DNA of 64,000 nt, taken from positions 124,001-188,000 of the forward strand of contig ML978128.1 in NCBI GenBank assembly GCA_010015805.1, given 5' to 3'. Positions 1-12,961 of the stretch are shown piece by piece (the first letter of the stretch is position 1; each line of letters opens with the position of its first letter). Made by a program: the position numbers and the translations under genes. The notes below the pieces were generated by a model. The model searched no databases, was not told the DNA's origin, and saw nothing but the letters and a program-made list of their open reading frames with translations. This DNA comes from Rhizodiscina lignyota. Taxonomy: Eukaryota.

Positions 1-1127
1 TTCGCTCAAATAAAGTCCTTGATGTCTTGTGGTTTTGACAAGTATATCTCTGACGGTCCGAAAGTTGTTCTGAACGATCTTGAACTGTTATGGATTCATC
101 TTCAAAGTTTTGCCGGCAGAGTGTGGATGGTGGTGCAATTTTCTAGCAGGAGCAGTGTCGTTAGGGAGCTCTCTTTTGCTTCCTCGGGTCCATACAAGAA
201 TGTTTTGGAGTCCATGTAAGGTGTATTCTCAGCGTTGTGGTCTAGTTTCCTCTCTTCTGGGCCAAACCATCGTGGTTTTGAAGTCATGTCGATTAGCACG
301 TTTCGATGCTTTTAATTGCCGATCTTGTGGTGAAGGTCGAGTGTCGAAGACATTGTTTTAAGGTGTTGTTGACAGAATGGGGTTTGGCCTAGCAACAACT
401 TTAGTTGCCAAAAATGGTTAGTACATAGCCCCAGGCCAGTTCCGGTTACGATACGCATACAGTCCGACACGTGACAAAGCGCTGGTACTTAGGTTACCGC
501 CAGACCTGAACGACTACAACCAGGCTGGGCGCGTGTATCTCTGGCTGTCTCCAACTACACACCTCAGGTACTTCTGCCACTACGACTCACCGTCCTTTCC
601 ACAGGATGTTGATGCAGTCTCAGCCTTCCCATGGCTTACCCGAGGACTGGTTAACTCGAGTCTTGTTCAGATACACGGGCTGAAATATCCATCTCATCGA
701 AGCGACAATGGCCCGCTCGGAGACTATATCATTCTAAGAATGTATAGCTTCGATCGCTTTCATGCGAATTATGCAAAGTATTTGATCAGATGGTACGGCG
801 GAGTGGGCTCGGTCTGGACACTGCGTGTCCTTCTATGTATTCACTTCAATCACTTGGCTTTGTTTTTGTGTCTTCAAGCTTTTGCGCCAATCTCTACACC
901 GACGTGTTTAATTTCGTACCCATACATAACAAGATCAAACAGCATTCCTTCATTGTCCTCGTAGAGTCAAGCTATCCTCCAAGAAACACGTCGAAAGTGA
1001 GGTCTGATTAAGAAAGTTTGACGGTCAGCCGACGACATTAGTGTCTACCGCCACACGGGAGCGCTGTTTGTGCCGGTTACAATCTCGGAGAACTCATATT
1101 TCTGCTACTTGGCTCTGTGTCCGCACG

Positions 1128-2347
1128 ATGGACCAGTTACCGTGGAATAAGGAGTTGTGGCGGCAGGAATACAAGAAAAAGAAGCTGCAGAGCCGCTCGC
1201 TTCACGGAGAAGGCCTTTTCTCTGCTGCTTCTGAGATTGGCTTCGATCAATATATGCTTTTGAGAGTCGTCTGGAAGGAAATTCGGCTCCAATACCTGCT
1301 GATGAATGAGCGCGCTCAGTGGGTCGAAGAAGAGACGTTCCAATCTGCAAAAAAATTCTTAAAGCGTGAAACATAGTTCCAAGCATATCTGGAGACTTTT
1401 GACAAAAACAGTACCGAGCTTCGTGGGGTCCGTTATGCTGGCCTTGGGACATTTGCTCTTGTTAGGCAATCTCAATGTGCGGTTTTGGAGGAGACCAGAG
1501 GATCGGACGATTACTCTCAGCCCAAGATACATTATACCCGGCAACAATCACAACGACAACCTGCGCCGCCTGTTACTCCTACTCCTGCACCACGACAACG
1601 GCATACAGACCTCCTTGATATCTCCGAAGACATGTCAAACCTCGAAGTATGGTCATCAGAGATGTCTGAAAAGGAGCTCCGCTCTATCACGAAGTCGGAG
1701 ATGTTATCTCCTTTATCCCCATTAGATGGTGAAGAAGCCAAGCATCATCGAGCGACAGATGACGAGCAGACAGTCACACTGCACTTCTGGAATATTTAAA
1801 CGCTATCAGTATTCACATTAAGGAAGTTAAAGGAAAGTGGTCATCTAGAAGGTATCGTTTCCTTTTGGGTAATGACAAGGGGAAGGTCTTCGAAGCACGA
1901 GTCGATGGATACCTTAGAGCACAGGATCCGGAGCAAGTTATCGCTATAGTAGAAGTCAAACCCCTTTTAAGCTCAACATCCAGGAAGGCAAAACTCGTTC
2001 AGATGCAGGAAGCAGCACAATTGGCAGCTTGGATCAGCCAAGATCCGCCCAATGATCTTGAGGATCACCGCACAAACAGAACTTTGATGAAGTATGCCAA
2101 TTACTAGCAATTGTAGTGACCATGCTAACTGTTTGCAAGACGTCTGCTCGTGTCCCAAAATCGACAGGAGATCTATCTCGCCTTTGCCACATTTGATGTG
2201 AACTATGTGGATTACGTCCAGGGGAAAAATGCTGGAGTAAATTTCCTTGAAGTGCAGCAATACGGGCCATTCAGGACCGATATACAAGACCACATGCGTT
2301 CGCTCTCATACTTTATGCTTGCATTCGCTCTACAGAATTGCAAATAG
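1128..2347 (+). pseudogene. Disrupted fungal hypothetical gene with a PD-(D/E)xK-like motif (ARVDGYL...IVEVKP...QEAAQLAAWI)
   Basis: ORFs 1041-1376 and 1485-1799 are in the same frame, separated by TAG at 1374-1376. An apparent 1-nt deletion near 1776 joins DEQTV to TALLEYLNAISIH...WSSRRYRF and ORF 1865-2107. GT-AG intron at 2092-2139, then the last exon to 2347. Confidence 0.6.
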
Positions 2348-2375
2348 GCGTTCTGCTAAACAGAAAACAAGGAAT

Positions 2376-3569
2376 CTATACACTTATTGAACCTGCTTGG
2401 ATATCGTACCCTCTTCTGACCTTCTCATAACCACAACACCCGACTAAAAGTAGCGTTTCAAAGCTTCTGTCGTCCCTTGGTAATCTTACCAGACCTGCTT
2501 TCCACACCTCGGTGAACTCTTTATAGCTGATCATTGGCGACCCCTCCAGCGACCTCCCTGGATCCGTTTCTGCATCCCAGAGATATGTCCTTGAGTCGAA
2601 TGGCAGCGCATCCAAAAAGACACTATGCAGAAAGACTCCACTCCGCACCGCCGCAAACGTATCGACCAGAATATGTGCGAGCAGGATCGTTCGCCGCACG
2701 CTCTCCGCATATGTCCACGCCTGCCACGCGGTCAAACTTGCCGGCAGATGCTGCGGCACACGGCTGTACAGCAGCTTTGTCCATGCCGAGAGTGTTCTCA
2801 GCAGTAGTCCTGCCTCGTCATCCGAAACTGCATCCGGCGCAAACAGCAGTGCCATCTCTGCCAAGAGAAGTGCCTGAACAGCGCTTAGGAGACCTTCAAA
2901 TCCACCTTCGGCCGGCCGGCTCTCAATCAGGCGCTGCGCAGCAGACTTCAGGTCCCACAGGCCCGCATAATTCCCAACGTAATGGTAGCTCACACAAGCG
3001 TCGAACACTTCCTTCGCGCGCGGACTGGACACCAATCTCATCTCGCTCAGCAGTGGGTGGATGAACGGCGTCTTGCCGGTGGAGCAGTACAGCTCGGGGT
3101 AATATCGTAGCGTGTTGACGAGGTAGGCTTGCGTCAACGCGGTGTGTGAGATGCGCACAGCCTTGATGGACGGCTCGAGGAGCAGTATGGACTTCCACTC
3201 GCGCGCCTTTTGCGCTTGTATGCGCTTCTCTTCGTTCGACTGTGGGACGGTGCCTTGAGAGGCCCAGCGTGTCATCATCGCCGCGTTGGAGATGCGCTGC
3301 TGGAGGTGGAGGCTATCCTGTTCTGAGAAGGTCGGAGTGGCGTACTCGTCGGAGGTGGGTTGTGATTCCACATTGTAAGTCTGTGGAGAGGCTGGCGGCC
3401 TAGCGGTGGTATCTATCTTTGGTGCTGCTAAGGGCTCGTTGGTATACTGGCAGGTCTTATTTCTCTGGCTACATCGTGTGCATTGTGGCATCTGGCGGTC
3501 ACAACGGCGCTTTGCTCTGATGCAAGCAAGACACGAACGTTCGAGTGGCACTGATCTTCTCTGCTGCAT
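2376..3569 (-). CDS. Zn(II)2Cys6 fungal transcription factor
   Basis: N-terminal SCLACIRAKRRCDRQMPQCTRCSQRNKTCQY binuclear cluster; 397-aa single ORF. Confidence 0.9.
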   Translation of the reverse strand: MQQRRSVPLERSCLACIRAKRRCDRQMPQCTRCSQRNKTCQYTNEPLAAPKIDTTARPPASPQTYNVESQPTSDEYATPTFSEQDSLHLQQRISNAAMMTRWASQGTVPQSNEEKRIQAQKAREWKSILLLEPSIKAVRISHTALTQAYLVNTLRYYPELYCSTGKTPFIHPLLSEMRLVSSPRAKEVFDACVSYHYVGNYAGLWDLKSAAQRLIESRPAEGGFEGLLSAVQALLLAEMALLFAPDAVSDDEAGLLLRTLSAWTKLLYSRVPQHLPASLTAWQAWTYAESVRRTILLAHILVDTFAAVRSGVFLHSVFLDALPFDSRTYLWDAETDPGRSLEGSPMISYKEFTEVWKAGLVRLPRDDRSFETLLLVGCCGYEKVRRGYDIQAGSISV

Positions 3570-4434
3570 GACTATCTTCTAAAGTACGAAACGAAGAACA
3601 ATTGCTTTTCAACGCAAAACGTCAGGCCTCCCACGCGTAGCGTTACAGGACTTGAACTCAAAAGGCTTGAAGTCGCGCGACAGTAAATATCAGACAGATT
3701 GAGGAGACGGATAGACAAATTAGGACAATGACGGGTGGAAATCTAGAGCATTTCTAGCATTTCTAAAATGGTGAAAATGCAACGCGCGGTGACGCGCCTT
3801 TCTTACCCATGGCGAGCATTTTCTGGATCTCTCCCTATGAGGGCTCACTGGATCCGTTAAAGCCGTAAGTTAGTAAGAAATGGCACAGATGGCTTGCACC
3901 TACCATTTGACATTGCATCGCAGGGCTAGAGAATGAAGCGGGCCTTATTTCCCTCCCTTCTCTCCCGCGGCTCCGCAGCTGCAGTAGCGGGCAGATCTAA
4001 GCCCGAGTTTACGGTGTATACGGCGTACCACGTTCGCAATAATCGTAGCGAACAGTCTATAAAAGAAGGTGATCTGCCTGCATGAACACCTCGTCCATGT
4101 CCGCGTGGCTCGCAGGGCTGGGCTTCGCAGGGCTGGCGGCCCATGCCTGTGCTCTGCGTGCTGTCTGATGCTGTGAGCCTGTGATGCGCTCTGATGCCCG
4201 GAACAGGAAGGGGAGACGGATGATTAAGGCCTCAGAGATGGCCCGAGCGTCGCTAGCGATAGCGAGGAGATGTTGAAACAGACGTCGGCCGAGCAGGACG
4301 GAGAAGACGAATGGAAGGGAAGGTGACTTTGGTACCTGAGCATTAATAGGGCGCGCGAGGGCTAAAGGTTGCGAATTGAGGCAGACCGGGCCGAACCTAT
4401 TCCCGGGCTTGCCTTGCTTGCCTCGAAGCGATCG

Positions 4435-4518
4435 GGTCAAGGCTAGGGAGCACCAGCACATCATGTATGTACTTGCTAGTGCTCCTGTCAGAGTCTGCGG
4501 TGCTCCCTAGCTTCGACC
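4435..4518. mobile_element. 84-bp MITE-like element with 20-bp imperfect TIRs and a 9-bp TSD (Mutator-like signature)
   Basis: Left end GGTCAAGGCTAGGGAGCACC (4435-4454) and right end GGTGCTCCCTAGCTTCGACC (4499-4518) match 18/20 as an inverted repeat. AAGCGATCG lies directly on both sides (4426-4434, 4519-4527). Confidence 0.6.
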
Positions 4519-5418
4519 AAGCGATCGGCTCCACAGGCCCGGACGCCGCGCGATGCGGACAGCGCAGGGCTGACTCCTTGCCCGTGGGGAAGGCAAGCAT
4601 AATAGCATGAGGTGATGTCGGCGACGAGGCATGGTGATGCAGTCGTTCCTCACTTCTCGGTCTCGCAAGCCTCGATGTGGACAATTCTAAGACAGGGCAA
4701 TGCTTGGATCTGCTTGGACGGGCCTCGGCAGGCAGGCTGATTACAGTCAAGCAGCCGACACCTGACGAGATTCGCCGCTGTTGAGCAGTGAGCAGTGCGT
4801 GCGGCGGCCGCGGCAAGTCGGGAGACTTGCCATGGTAGATGGAGCGCTCAGAGAGGAAGATTGAGCGGGCGGACACGGGTGGACATGGGCGGACGACGGC
4901 AGGCATCATTTCGCACACTCGCTACAAGTGTGCGTTTCGGGACATTGGTGGGAAATTCGGGGATATCATGGGCGTAGGGATAGAGCAGAGGGTGGAATCT
5001 TCCGCGGAAGCCTTCCAATTGGGAGCATTCGACGGATGATGCCCTGCAAGCCATGTCCGGACTGGAGTCATATCGTCAAGCCCGTCAGACTGGCGGATTG
5101 TGGGAATAAAATCCTGATTTCTCATCTGTCCCTCTAGAAGGGTCTGAATAAGGCTCAATAAGCACTGCCCTGCGCCTCTCACAAGCCTTCGCTGTGCATG
5201 TATGCCTTGGTCGGAAAAGAAGGAGAAGTAAGGCAGCCGGAAACCCAGGTCGATCGTGATAGAATCTGGAGATCAGAAGAACTCCTTTTGCGGCACCGCA
5301 ATCGAAGTTTCTGTCACCGCTAGATTATCTGCGCCAACGCTATGCAAGTACGCCTTGGACGGGAATAAAACAGTAAGGCACTCGGTGTCTGCACCGATTG
5401 AAGCAACGTTTGGGAGAA

Positions 5419-6533
5419 TCAGAACATGTCATCTCCGGCATCACCACCGAAGCCTTCGTCACCGCCAAAGTCGTCGTCTCCACCATCAAAATACTTCTCT
5501 GCATTGTAATCGTCATTGTCGTCATCGTCATCTTCATTGAAGTCGTCATCCTGATCGTTGCCCTGTTCTTCCTCATCTTCGTTCACCTCTCCATCTTCAT
5601 CCACTACAATTTTGGCTGGGCTGCGAGGGCCAAAGAGTTCGTCCTCAGCTTTATCGACAGGTTTATCGACGTTGGAGCTTTTCTTCTGCCTCATGTGCTT
5701 GAGTGGCTGTTTCTTCATCTTCTTAAACCTCTTCGCGCGCTGTTCGTCCGCGTACGTAGTGTCGCTCGGGTCTATCGTGGACCAGAGCTCTTTGGGGAAG
5801 AGTTCCTTCACTGCACTCGCAAGGAAGATTAGATTCAATCTCGTGTAGTAGACGAGGAATCCATACCGTAAGGGAGCGGATGCGCAGCCAAGTTTGGCTC
5901 GGTGCGCGCCTTCTTGAGATACTTGTCGCTGTACTTTGGCATGGCACTGAAGGTATCGGGAGGCTCAGCAGTCTTCTGCTCCTTCTTGACGAAAGCATCG
6001 TCGGCCAGATCGCAGTAGAATGGGCCATTGCGAGCGCGCTCGACATTGGCGCGATGGATGTCGACCACGACTTGCTCCCACTTGGTGATCGCCTTCGGCT
6101 TAGGCTTGCGTCTAAGCTGTGGCCATATTAACGAATACTCCGGCTTTGAAGTCAAGACAAAGTGCTCCATGACAGAGCCCCAAGACTCGAAGGACGGAGC
6201 ATTGCTGCGATCGCCACTCTCATGCACATCATAGTTTGCCGCGCGATTAACTAGCGCGTCGGGGACATGCGGGTGGGTAGCCCACGTGCGACAAGCGCCG
6301 ATAATTGGCTTGGAAATTTTCTCGGACTTGTGCGTAAATGGAAAGTGACGGACGGCGCACGAGACAAGATAAAAAAAAATAGAGCAAGCCCAAATCTAGC
6401 ATACCGGAGGCCATTTCACGTTGAGCTTCAGCTTCTCCTCGTTCATCGCCTTTTCCATCTCTGGAGTCAGTTTCCAAGGCAGCTGCATGCCCCCTATAAA
6501 GACGGCCTTGCCGCCTTCTTCATCTCGAGCCAT
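5419..6533 (-). CDS. RPC31: RNA polymerase III subunit C31 (RPC31/RPC7-like), 3 exons
   Basis: Exon 1 MARDEEGG...WPP from ATG 6533; middle exon has GPFY...MPKYSDKY; last exon has LFPKELW and a highly acidic tail DDDYNAEKYFDGGDDDF. Confidence 0.75.
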
Positions 6534-7580
6534 GACTGATGAGTGCTTGCGTCTCGTGTGTTGCTATGTGAATTTCGATACTGACAGTGTTGAGATTTTG
6601 GCCATGCCAGAAAACATGGGTGAGTGCTTGCAGTGAGGAAGCGAGGTGAAAAAAAAAACCAAATAGAAGAAGAGACGATGACGTGAAAACGAAGAATAGC
6701 TTCCTTAAGAAAGAGAGTGTTAATTCGGTGGAGGGTAACCACACCAAGGGGTCGCTATAATGTCGAGCCTAACCTAAACTGTCGTCCGTTTAGGACATAT
6801 CCACACCTTGTTTCATGAAATAATAAAATCTGTGCATGATTTGGCCAATATCAAAAAGGCCTTCTCTTGTCTGAGATCTAACATAGCTCCTGATTCAGGC
6901 AAAGAAGTCGTCTTGGCCGCTCGTCTGCCTTCGATCATTCTAAGGTTCTACAAGCTGCCATAACGCAGTACCGGTATGTTTAGTTGAGATATTGTACTGT
7001 CATATCCAGGTTGCCTTTCGTGTTACCAATAGGCGCTCATGTTTACCATTTCAAGCTCATAGGAGACCTTATCCTACTTCTAATGAATGGCCAGGTTACA
7101 CGGCGTTTCTGTTGATAGATGCGATATAGTGTTTCGACATTATAATCGCTGCCTTGGGGGCGGCGGAGTTGTGAGAAGCTCGAGCTTCAAGGCACCCTTG
7201 TGCGTCACCTCCGTCCAGCTCGAACGAACACACATGCCCCGCCAACACAACACCACGACGCTATTGTCTTTGGATTCGTGCAGGCGACTGCCTTGAATGG
7301 CGGTGCTCGCCACCTGTGACCATGCTCTTTGCCTCTCACTAATCGAGTTACTTCCATCATCCATCCTACCTCCATTAGAAGAACCACACTATCGAAGCTT
7401 CTCTTGACTGATGGGGTTCTGTCGGAAGGCAAACTCAGGTTGATTTCTGGAATCAAAGTGGCAACTCTGACTTGGCCAATACATACCGTTATTCCATTCT
7501 CTCTGCGCTAGCTCAGAGAAGTCCAGGCACCTGACGGTTAGGCATTCTGCAAACACGAGCAAGAACCGCAATATCGCAAT

Positions 7581-9711
7581 ATGGCGCAGAGAACATCATC
7601 TCAGCAACTCCAGGCTCATCTTGACCAGGTCAAAGATGGCTCGCACTCTCTGAATACCGACCTACTCGAAGAGTTCCGCGTATTTGGAGTTCCTCATCTG
7701 TCGCTTCAAGATTCTCAACAGCTTGCAGTTCAGCTGTATCAGCTCCTGCCTCTGTTACGAGAAGACCCAACTCCTGTTAACGACCTCCTCCAAACCCTAC
7801 TCGAGCCTTGGCCACTTGACATCGTCCTACAAATCGAGCCTCCAGTAGACTTCGCAGCCGGCCTCGACTTACGAGCCAAACCGTTCCACTCGCTCACACT
7901 ATCGTTGCTTGAGAAGGGTATATCAGATATAGCGTCAGCGAGGAGACTGGCAGCTACACAGCCAGAGGTATTCTCATCATTACTGAAGCTTTGGCTGGGC
8001 ACAGATGAATCGGGCGTTGCTCAGAAGGCTGGGCTGATTGTATTTGGGTTGCTGAAAGCGGATAAAGAACTTGATGGCAGTGGCATATTGCCTTCTGCGG
8101 ATGACGACCTGGCTGCAGACAATCCGATCTGGCGACGCATCTTCAGGGACCCAAATGTCTACGGCCTACTGTATTCCACGATGGACCTGAAGAAGCAATC
8201 AAACATGAGCAAGAATCAGAGGACACTTGCTCAGGCCAGGTTGATGGAATTCCTACCAAAGCTCGGCGCTCTAGACTGGAACGCTGCAGTTGAGAGCCAC
8301 CTTCCGGATGTCGAGTCCACACATGGTCTCAAAGCTGGCCAGGAAGGCTTACTGCATTTTGCTGCGATCCACATGGTTGATGTAAAGGGGGACGTCCTTA
8401 TGCACAGGAGCCTCATCAACTTCTTCGCAGATCTCATACAGAACTGTAGCGACTCGTATACCGGAAGGTAAGCGACTGCCCTTGCTTCTTTGTGCACTAT
8501 AGACTCCTTTCGGCTTTTAAATCATTATCACATATTTTCATATTTTCACTACCTTCAGAGCAGAATACAGCACCCCTTATATTCTAAACTGGATATTAGC
8601 TTTAATCTCCACCCCTTTTGTTATATCAGCTCAAGTTTCTTAATTCCAAACGTCACATGGATACTGACTATCGCCCAGTCATCCATCAGCCTCTTCCGCT
8701 TTGTCCTTTCTCGTAGACAATAAGCTTCACGACCGCACCATGAAAATCTATTTAAACCCTAACGATCGCTCTCACGACCCGCTCGACATAACGTTCCTCT
8801 ACTCCGCCGCCGCGGACTATGTTTCGGTATACACATCGATCTGCGCTGCGCATTTCCTTGCCTCCTCAGACGCGCGCAAAGCGCTTCTAACTCGTCTAGA
8901 CAAATGTCTCAATCTTCCCCCATCTCGATGGCAGAATTCTCCGCCGCCATCCGCAGACCTACACGTCCTAGCTTCTGTTACGCGAGAGTTTCTCTTGCCA
9001 TCCTCTAGCGCACTGTCACCATTGCTTTCTATTCCAACTCGCCCGGCCAATGCAGACGCTCTCAACACTCTCGCGACGGTCTTTCATGGTCCAGATACGC
9101 CTAAAGAGTCCATCACGTTTCCTCCTCAAGCGACGTCTACTATAGCGACTGCGAGAGAGAAGCCAGAGTCCGTGGCAGCACAGAAGCTTTATGTCGCATA
9201 TCTGTCGCACAACAGTCGTATGTGGCAGGACGTCATCTCCACTGCAGAAACGGTCGCGATCAAGGACGCTGCACTTGCTGCCATCAACCTCATCTGCGCA
9301 GTGGCTACTGCGCGGTGGTCATCGGAGCCAGACGGCGATACGGCAATGAGCGGCACTACTGACGTCGGCGCAACGTCTCACACTGGAATTGAAGCGCTCC
9401 TCTCGCCACCCACACTAACTTCCGTGCTCCCGTACCTCCTACGCCCACCGCAGCAGTTTTCGAACCTGGTGGGCGGTCGAGGTGATGCCGAGGGCGCGGC
9501 GTACAAGGTAGCGGCTGCCAAGTTTGACGCTCTGAAGGTGGTGCAGAAGAGGCTGGAGGCGTGGATTGAAGAGGATGCGGAGAGTGAGAGTGTGCAGATG
9601 AGGAGGGGCGAACTGAATCGGATCGTGGAGGCAATCAAGGAGAGGACGAGGGAGGGAATTTGGGGAACTAGAGGGGATATCGGGGGCCGAATCGCCACGC
9701 TGGAACTTTAA
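7581..9711 (+). CDS. Helical-repeat protein, HSM3-like (proteasome base assembly chaperone), 2 exons
   Basis: ORFs 7581-8471 and 8701-9711 are joined by an AT-rich intron (donor GTAAGC at 8468, acceptor near 8678). Family call is from recalled motifs such as AQARL and DVLMH. Confidence 0.5.
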
Positions 9712-9915
9712 GAGTCGATGAAGAGGTTGATGGGCTCAAAGCTCGAGGAAGTTACGAAAAGGCATATTTCTAAGTGTCTCAAAATTGTGGAGCAATAATG
9801 ATATCACAAAAGATAAATTTTTCAAGTGAACAACCACCTTTCTCTACCATCCTGTAGTCGGATTCGTGAACTGTTGTTCAAGGCTATCATTTCGGCCACT
9901 GATAGCTGAGAAAAT

Positions 9916-11562
9916 CTAGGTAGCCTCTCTTCCGGTGAGGTTCTCAATCATCTCGGCAACATCGAGGACCGTCTCATCGTTTCCAAACTGGCCAACGACT
10001 TGCATGCCACATTTTGTTTCAATGGATTGTTCATCCACAGACGCCACCGGCACACTAATGGCTGGTAACCCAGCTAAACTTGCTGGAACCGTGAAAACAT
10101 CGTTCGTGTATGTCTCCAATGCTGTCTGGCCACGCACAGTATCCAATGTCGGTGGAAGCGTCGGAGCAGTGGGATGAAGGAGAACGTCCACTTTCCCATC
10201 ATCTGCAACAACATGATCCGCCGTCTCATGTCCGATTGGCTCTTCAGATAGCAGTGGGTTCGAGGCTCGAAACACGCGGTCGAAGTCGCGCTGCACAAGA
10301 CGTCGTGCTCGCTGCGCCTGGATGAAGTAATTGTCTATCGCTGCCGCACTAAGCGAGTATGTACCAAGTAGTATTCGTCTCTTCACTTCGTTGCCGAATC
10401 CCTCGCCTCGAGTCCGCGCAAATAGTGGCGATCGGTCCGGCGCGTCTGACGCGGCGTCCGCAGCTCTCGAACCGTAGCGCACACCGTCGTATTTGGCGAG
10501 GTTAGACGAAGCCTCGGCAGGTGCAAGGACATAGTATGCAGGGAGGGCGAGGCGAGTGGTAGGTAGAGAGACAGATTGAAAAGACACCGTTGCTTTGTAA
10601 TGTTCGCGTAAAGCTGAGATGATCGAGAGCCAAGACTTGCGAACAGCAGGAGATAGTTCGAGGACGTTGTACTCAGATGGGATGCCGATACGTAGGTGGC
10701 GGTCTTTACGGTGGCTTTTGGCAGAGCCTTTGCGAATAGACACAGGAATGGATGTTGGATCCTGACGATCATGCTCACTTAGGACATCTATAGGATGTTA
10801 GTAGTATCCTCTGTAGACTTATTGCAGTATGAACCCACCAAATATATCTCGTGCGACACGTACATCGCGCGATAAGATGCCCACGGTATCGAGCGAATTC
10901 GCATATGCGATCACGCCCCATCTCGAGATCAAACCATACGATGGCTTGAACCCAACGATGCCTGTATAAGCTGCAGGAAGACGGACAGAGCCTCCTGTAT
11001 CCGTTCCCAATGCCCTAATTTTTTTTTATCAATATCTCATCTTAACCAATATATCCACATGTCAACGTACGCCCAGCATTCCCGTCCCGCAACAGCTATA
11101 GCACTTCCACCGGAGCTGCCACCCGCAGAGAGAGCTTTGCCGTCAACATTCTGTGAGACCGGACCAAAGTAGGAGTATGTTGAGTGTGAGCCCATGCCAA
11201 ATTCGTCGAGGTTCGTCTTGCCCGCAATCACAGCGCCGGCGCTCTGGAGCTTCAAGACGACGGTCGCATCGTAGGGGCTCGTGAATGATCGGAGGATACC
11301 CGAAGCTGCTGTCGTAGGCAGGTCCTTCGTGCAAATATTATCTTTGATGGCTATGAGATGGCCATTAAGCGGTCCTGAGTGGTATAAGAGCTCTGATTCA
11401 ATTCTATAGCGATGGGAAAGTCTTCCTACCTGCATTCGCTTGAACCGCATGTTGAACCGCTTGCAAGACATTATCGGGGTTTGCTGCCGCAATGAAAGCA
11501 TTGAACTGCTTTCTAGCCGCCTGGTTCGCAATACATCGTTGCGCTTCCCGAAGCAGCGACAT
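9916..11562 (-). CDS. HER2: Mitochondrial glutamyl-tRNA(Gln) amidotransferase subunit A (amidase signature), multi-exon
   Basis: [72 protein letters not shown]; start [10 protein letters not shown] at 11562. Confidence 0.92.
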
Positions 11563-12209
11563 ATGAGCCTCGTCGAAGAGAAGATGCAGTCAAATTCAAT
11601 TGCTTCCAGACAGAAGGGCAAGTGTAAACGGCTACGCTATTCCGTAAATGGAATAGTGGTATAATTAGATTTCGTATTTTGCACTACGTACCAGTCCTCA
11701 GCTCTAGCAGTCCATAGGCTGGACGATTTCCCGTCCATTTCCCACACTCATACCAATTCATATCGATGACCATCGACTGGACAGCGGGATCGAGGGAATC
11801 CAACATTCACAGCCAAGGGATCTATCACCTCTGGTAGAGCAGACGCGAGCTAAGTTTCAGTACTTAAGAGTTGTACATTCTGAATATGCTAGGTATCTGG
11901 TGGATTCGGGATGGTCTGGTTTTCACCGACACATCAGCCAAGAGATGCCAGCTCCTGCTTCAAATCGGTGGACGCGGAGGCGTCTGACCTGCCAGGCTGC
12001 ACAGACTTTGTCGGAAATTATGTATATATCAGGAGGTGATTCTAGCTCACTAGCGCGTGAGCACGTGCACTTGAGTATTATGGCATTCCTCTCCTTGAAT
12101 TTTGTCTCTTCAATCCATCCACGATATTCGCCACTTCGTACTCGCTGTGTGCTCTGACACTATATATCATCATTCACCATCCTGGGAGTTACATTAAACT
12201 ATATCAGCC

Positions 12210-12804
12210 ATGCCGACACGCAAGGTAAGTCTCCTGCGGCCGAAACGTCGCGTCGTCTAATTTGCTCAGCGTCAATCGTCCTCAGCTGAGGTGGACGACA
12301 AACCCGTAAAGAAGGCTCGCTCTGCCACGTCCAAACCAAAGGCGAAGGCGAAGAAGGACCTTGGAACATGTTCTCTAACCAAGAAAGAGATCGGAGATAG
12401 AGTGAAGGAGGCATTGACTCTTCAGAAGTACCATATCCCGCGAATGCGATTGGACGTATGTACATCCCCTCTCGTTCCTTTCTAACAACCCCGCTTGTAC
12501 AAGCATACCATTGCGGGAGACAATGGTTGATCGCCTATCCAAACAGATGAAGATGGACGTCGCGTTCTTTCGATCTTTCTTCGTCAACAACGACGCGCTC
12601 AGCAAGCCGCTCCAAATTGCACCGAGCGACTTCGATGACACTTCCTCAGTCGTTGTCGTTGAGATGGGCCACAATCAAGCCGGCGAGCTACTTGGCGTGA
12701 GCAAAGTCAAAGGAGGTAATAGGATGGAGACCACCTACCTCGCTGCGATGTGCGTAGTCTTTCGACCGTCAGAGGGGCGCTGTACGATGTGGCTCACCGT
12801 GTAG
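12210..12804 (+). CDS. Small Lys-rich hypothetical protein, 3 exons
   Basis: ATG 12210 (MPTR) followed by donor GTAAGT; exon with KPVKKARSATSKPK; second donor GTATGT; last exon MDVAFFRSFF...WLTV. Confidence 0.6.
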
Positions 12805-12961
12805 AGTTCTGCTACTGGAGTTGGTAGCATTTCCACTAGACATCATTTAATCATAATCGAGCTTCTTGTCACTAAACTTTGATAGTTTCTTTGCTCTTTA
12901 CTCGCCGTGCTCAACGGCTTTGTTGACTCATGGTTCTAGTAGTTCGGCCTCAAGCTTTGAT

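Noticed and set aside
1..299. Minus-strand fragments with a repeated (F/Y)GPxE motif
   Set aside because: Interrupted by stops, cut by the window edge, and no family recognised.
4947..5120. GGTGGGAAATTCGG resembles conserved region I of fungal RNase P RNA, with a possible P4 partner TCCTGATT near 5112
   Set aside because: The spacing leaves no room for the P7-P11 helices and the CR-II/CR-V matches are poor. An Infernal RNaseP_nuc scan would settle it.
5398..5832. Hydrophobic Ile/Val-rich plus-strand ORF and other long antisense ORFs (e.g. 46113-46907, 47550-48446, 38766-39455)
   Set aside because: They are antisense shadows of acidic or low-complexity coding regions on the other strand.
6810..6885. 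ATGATT...CTGA followed by CTAAC...TAG, resembling an intronic box C/D snoRNA
   Set aside because: No canonical box C, no clear upstream donor and no recognisable rRNA or snRNA guide complement.
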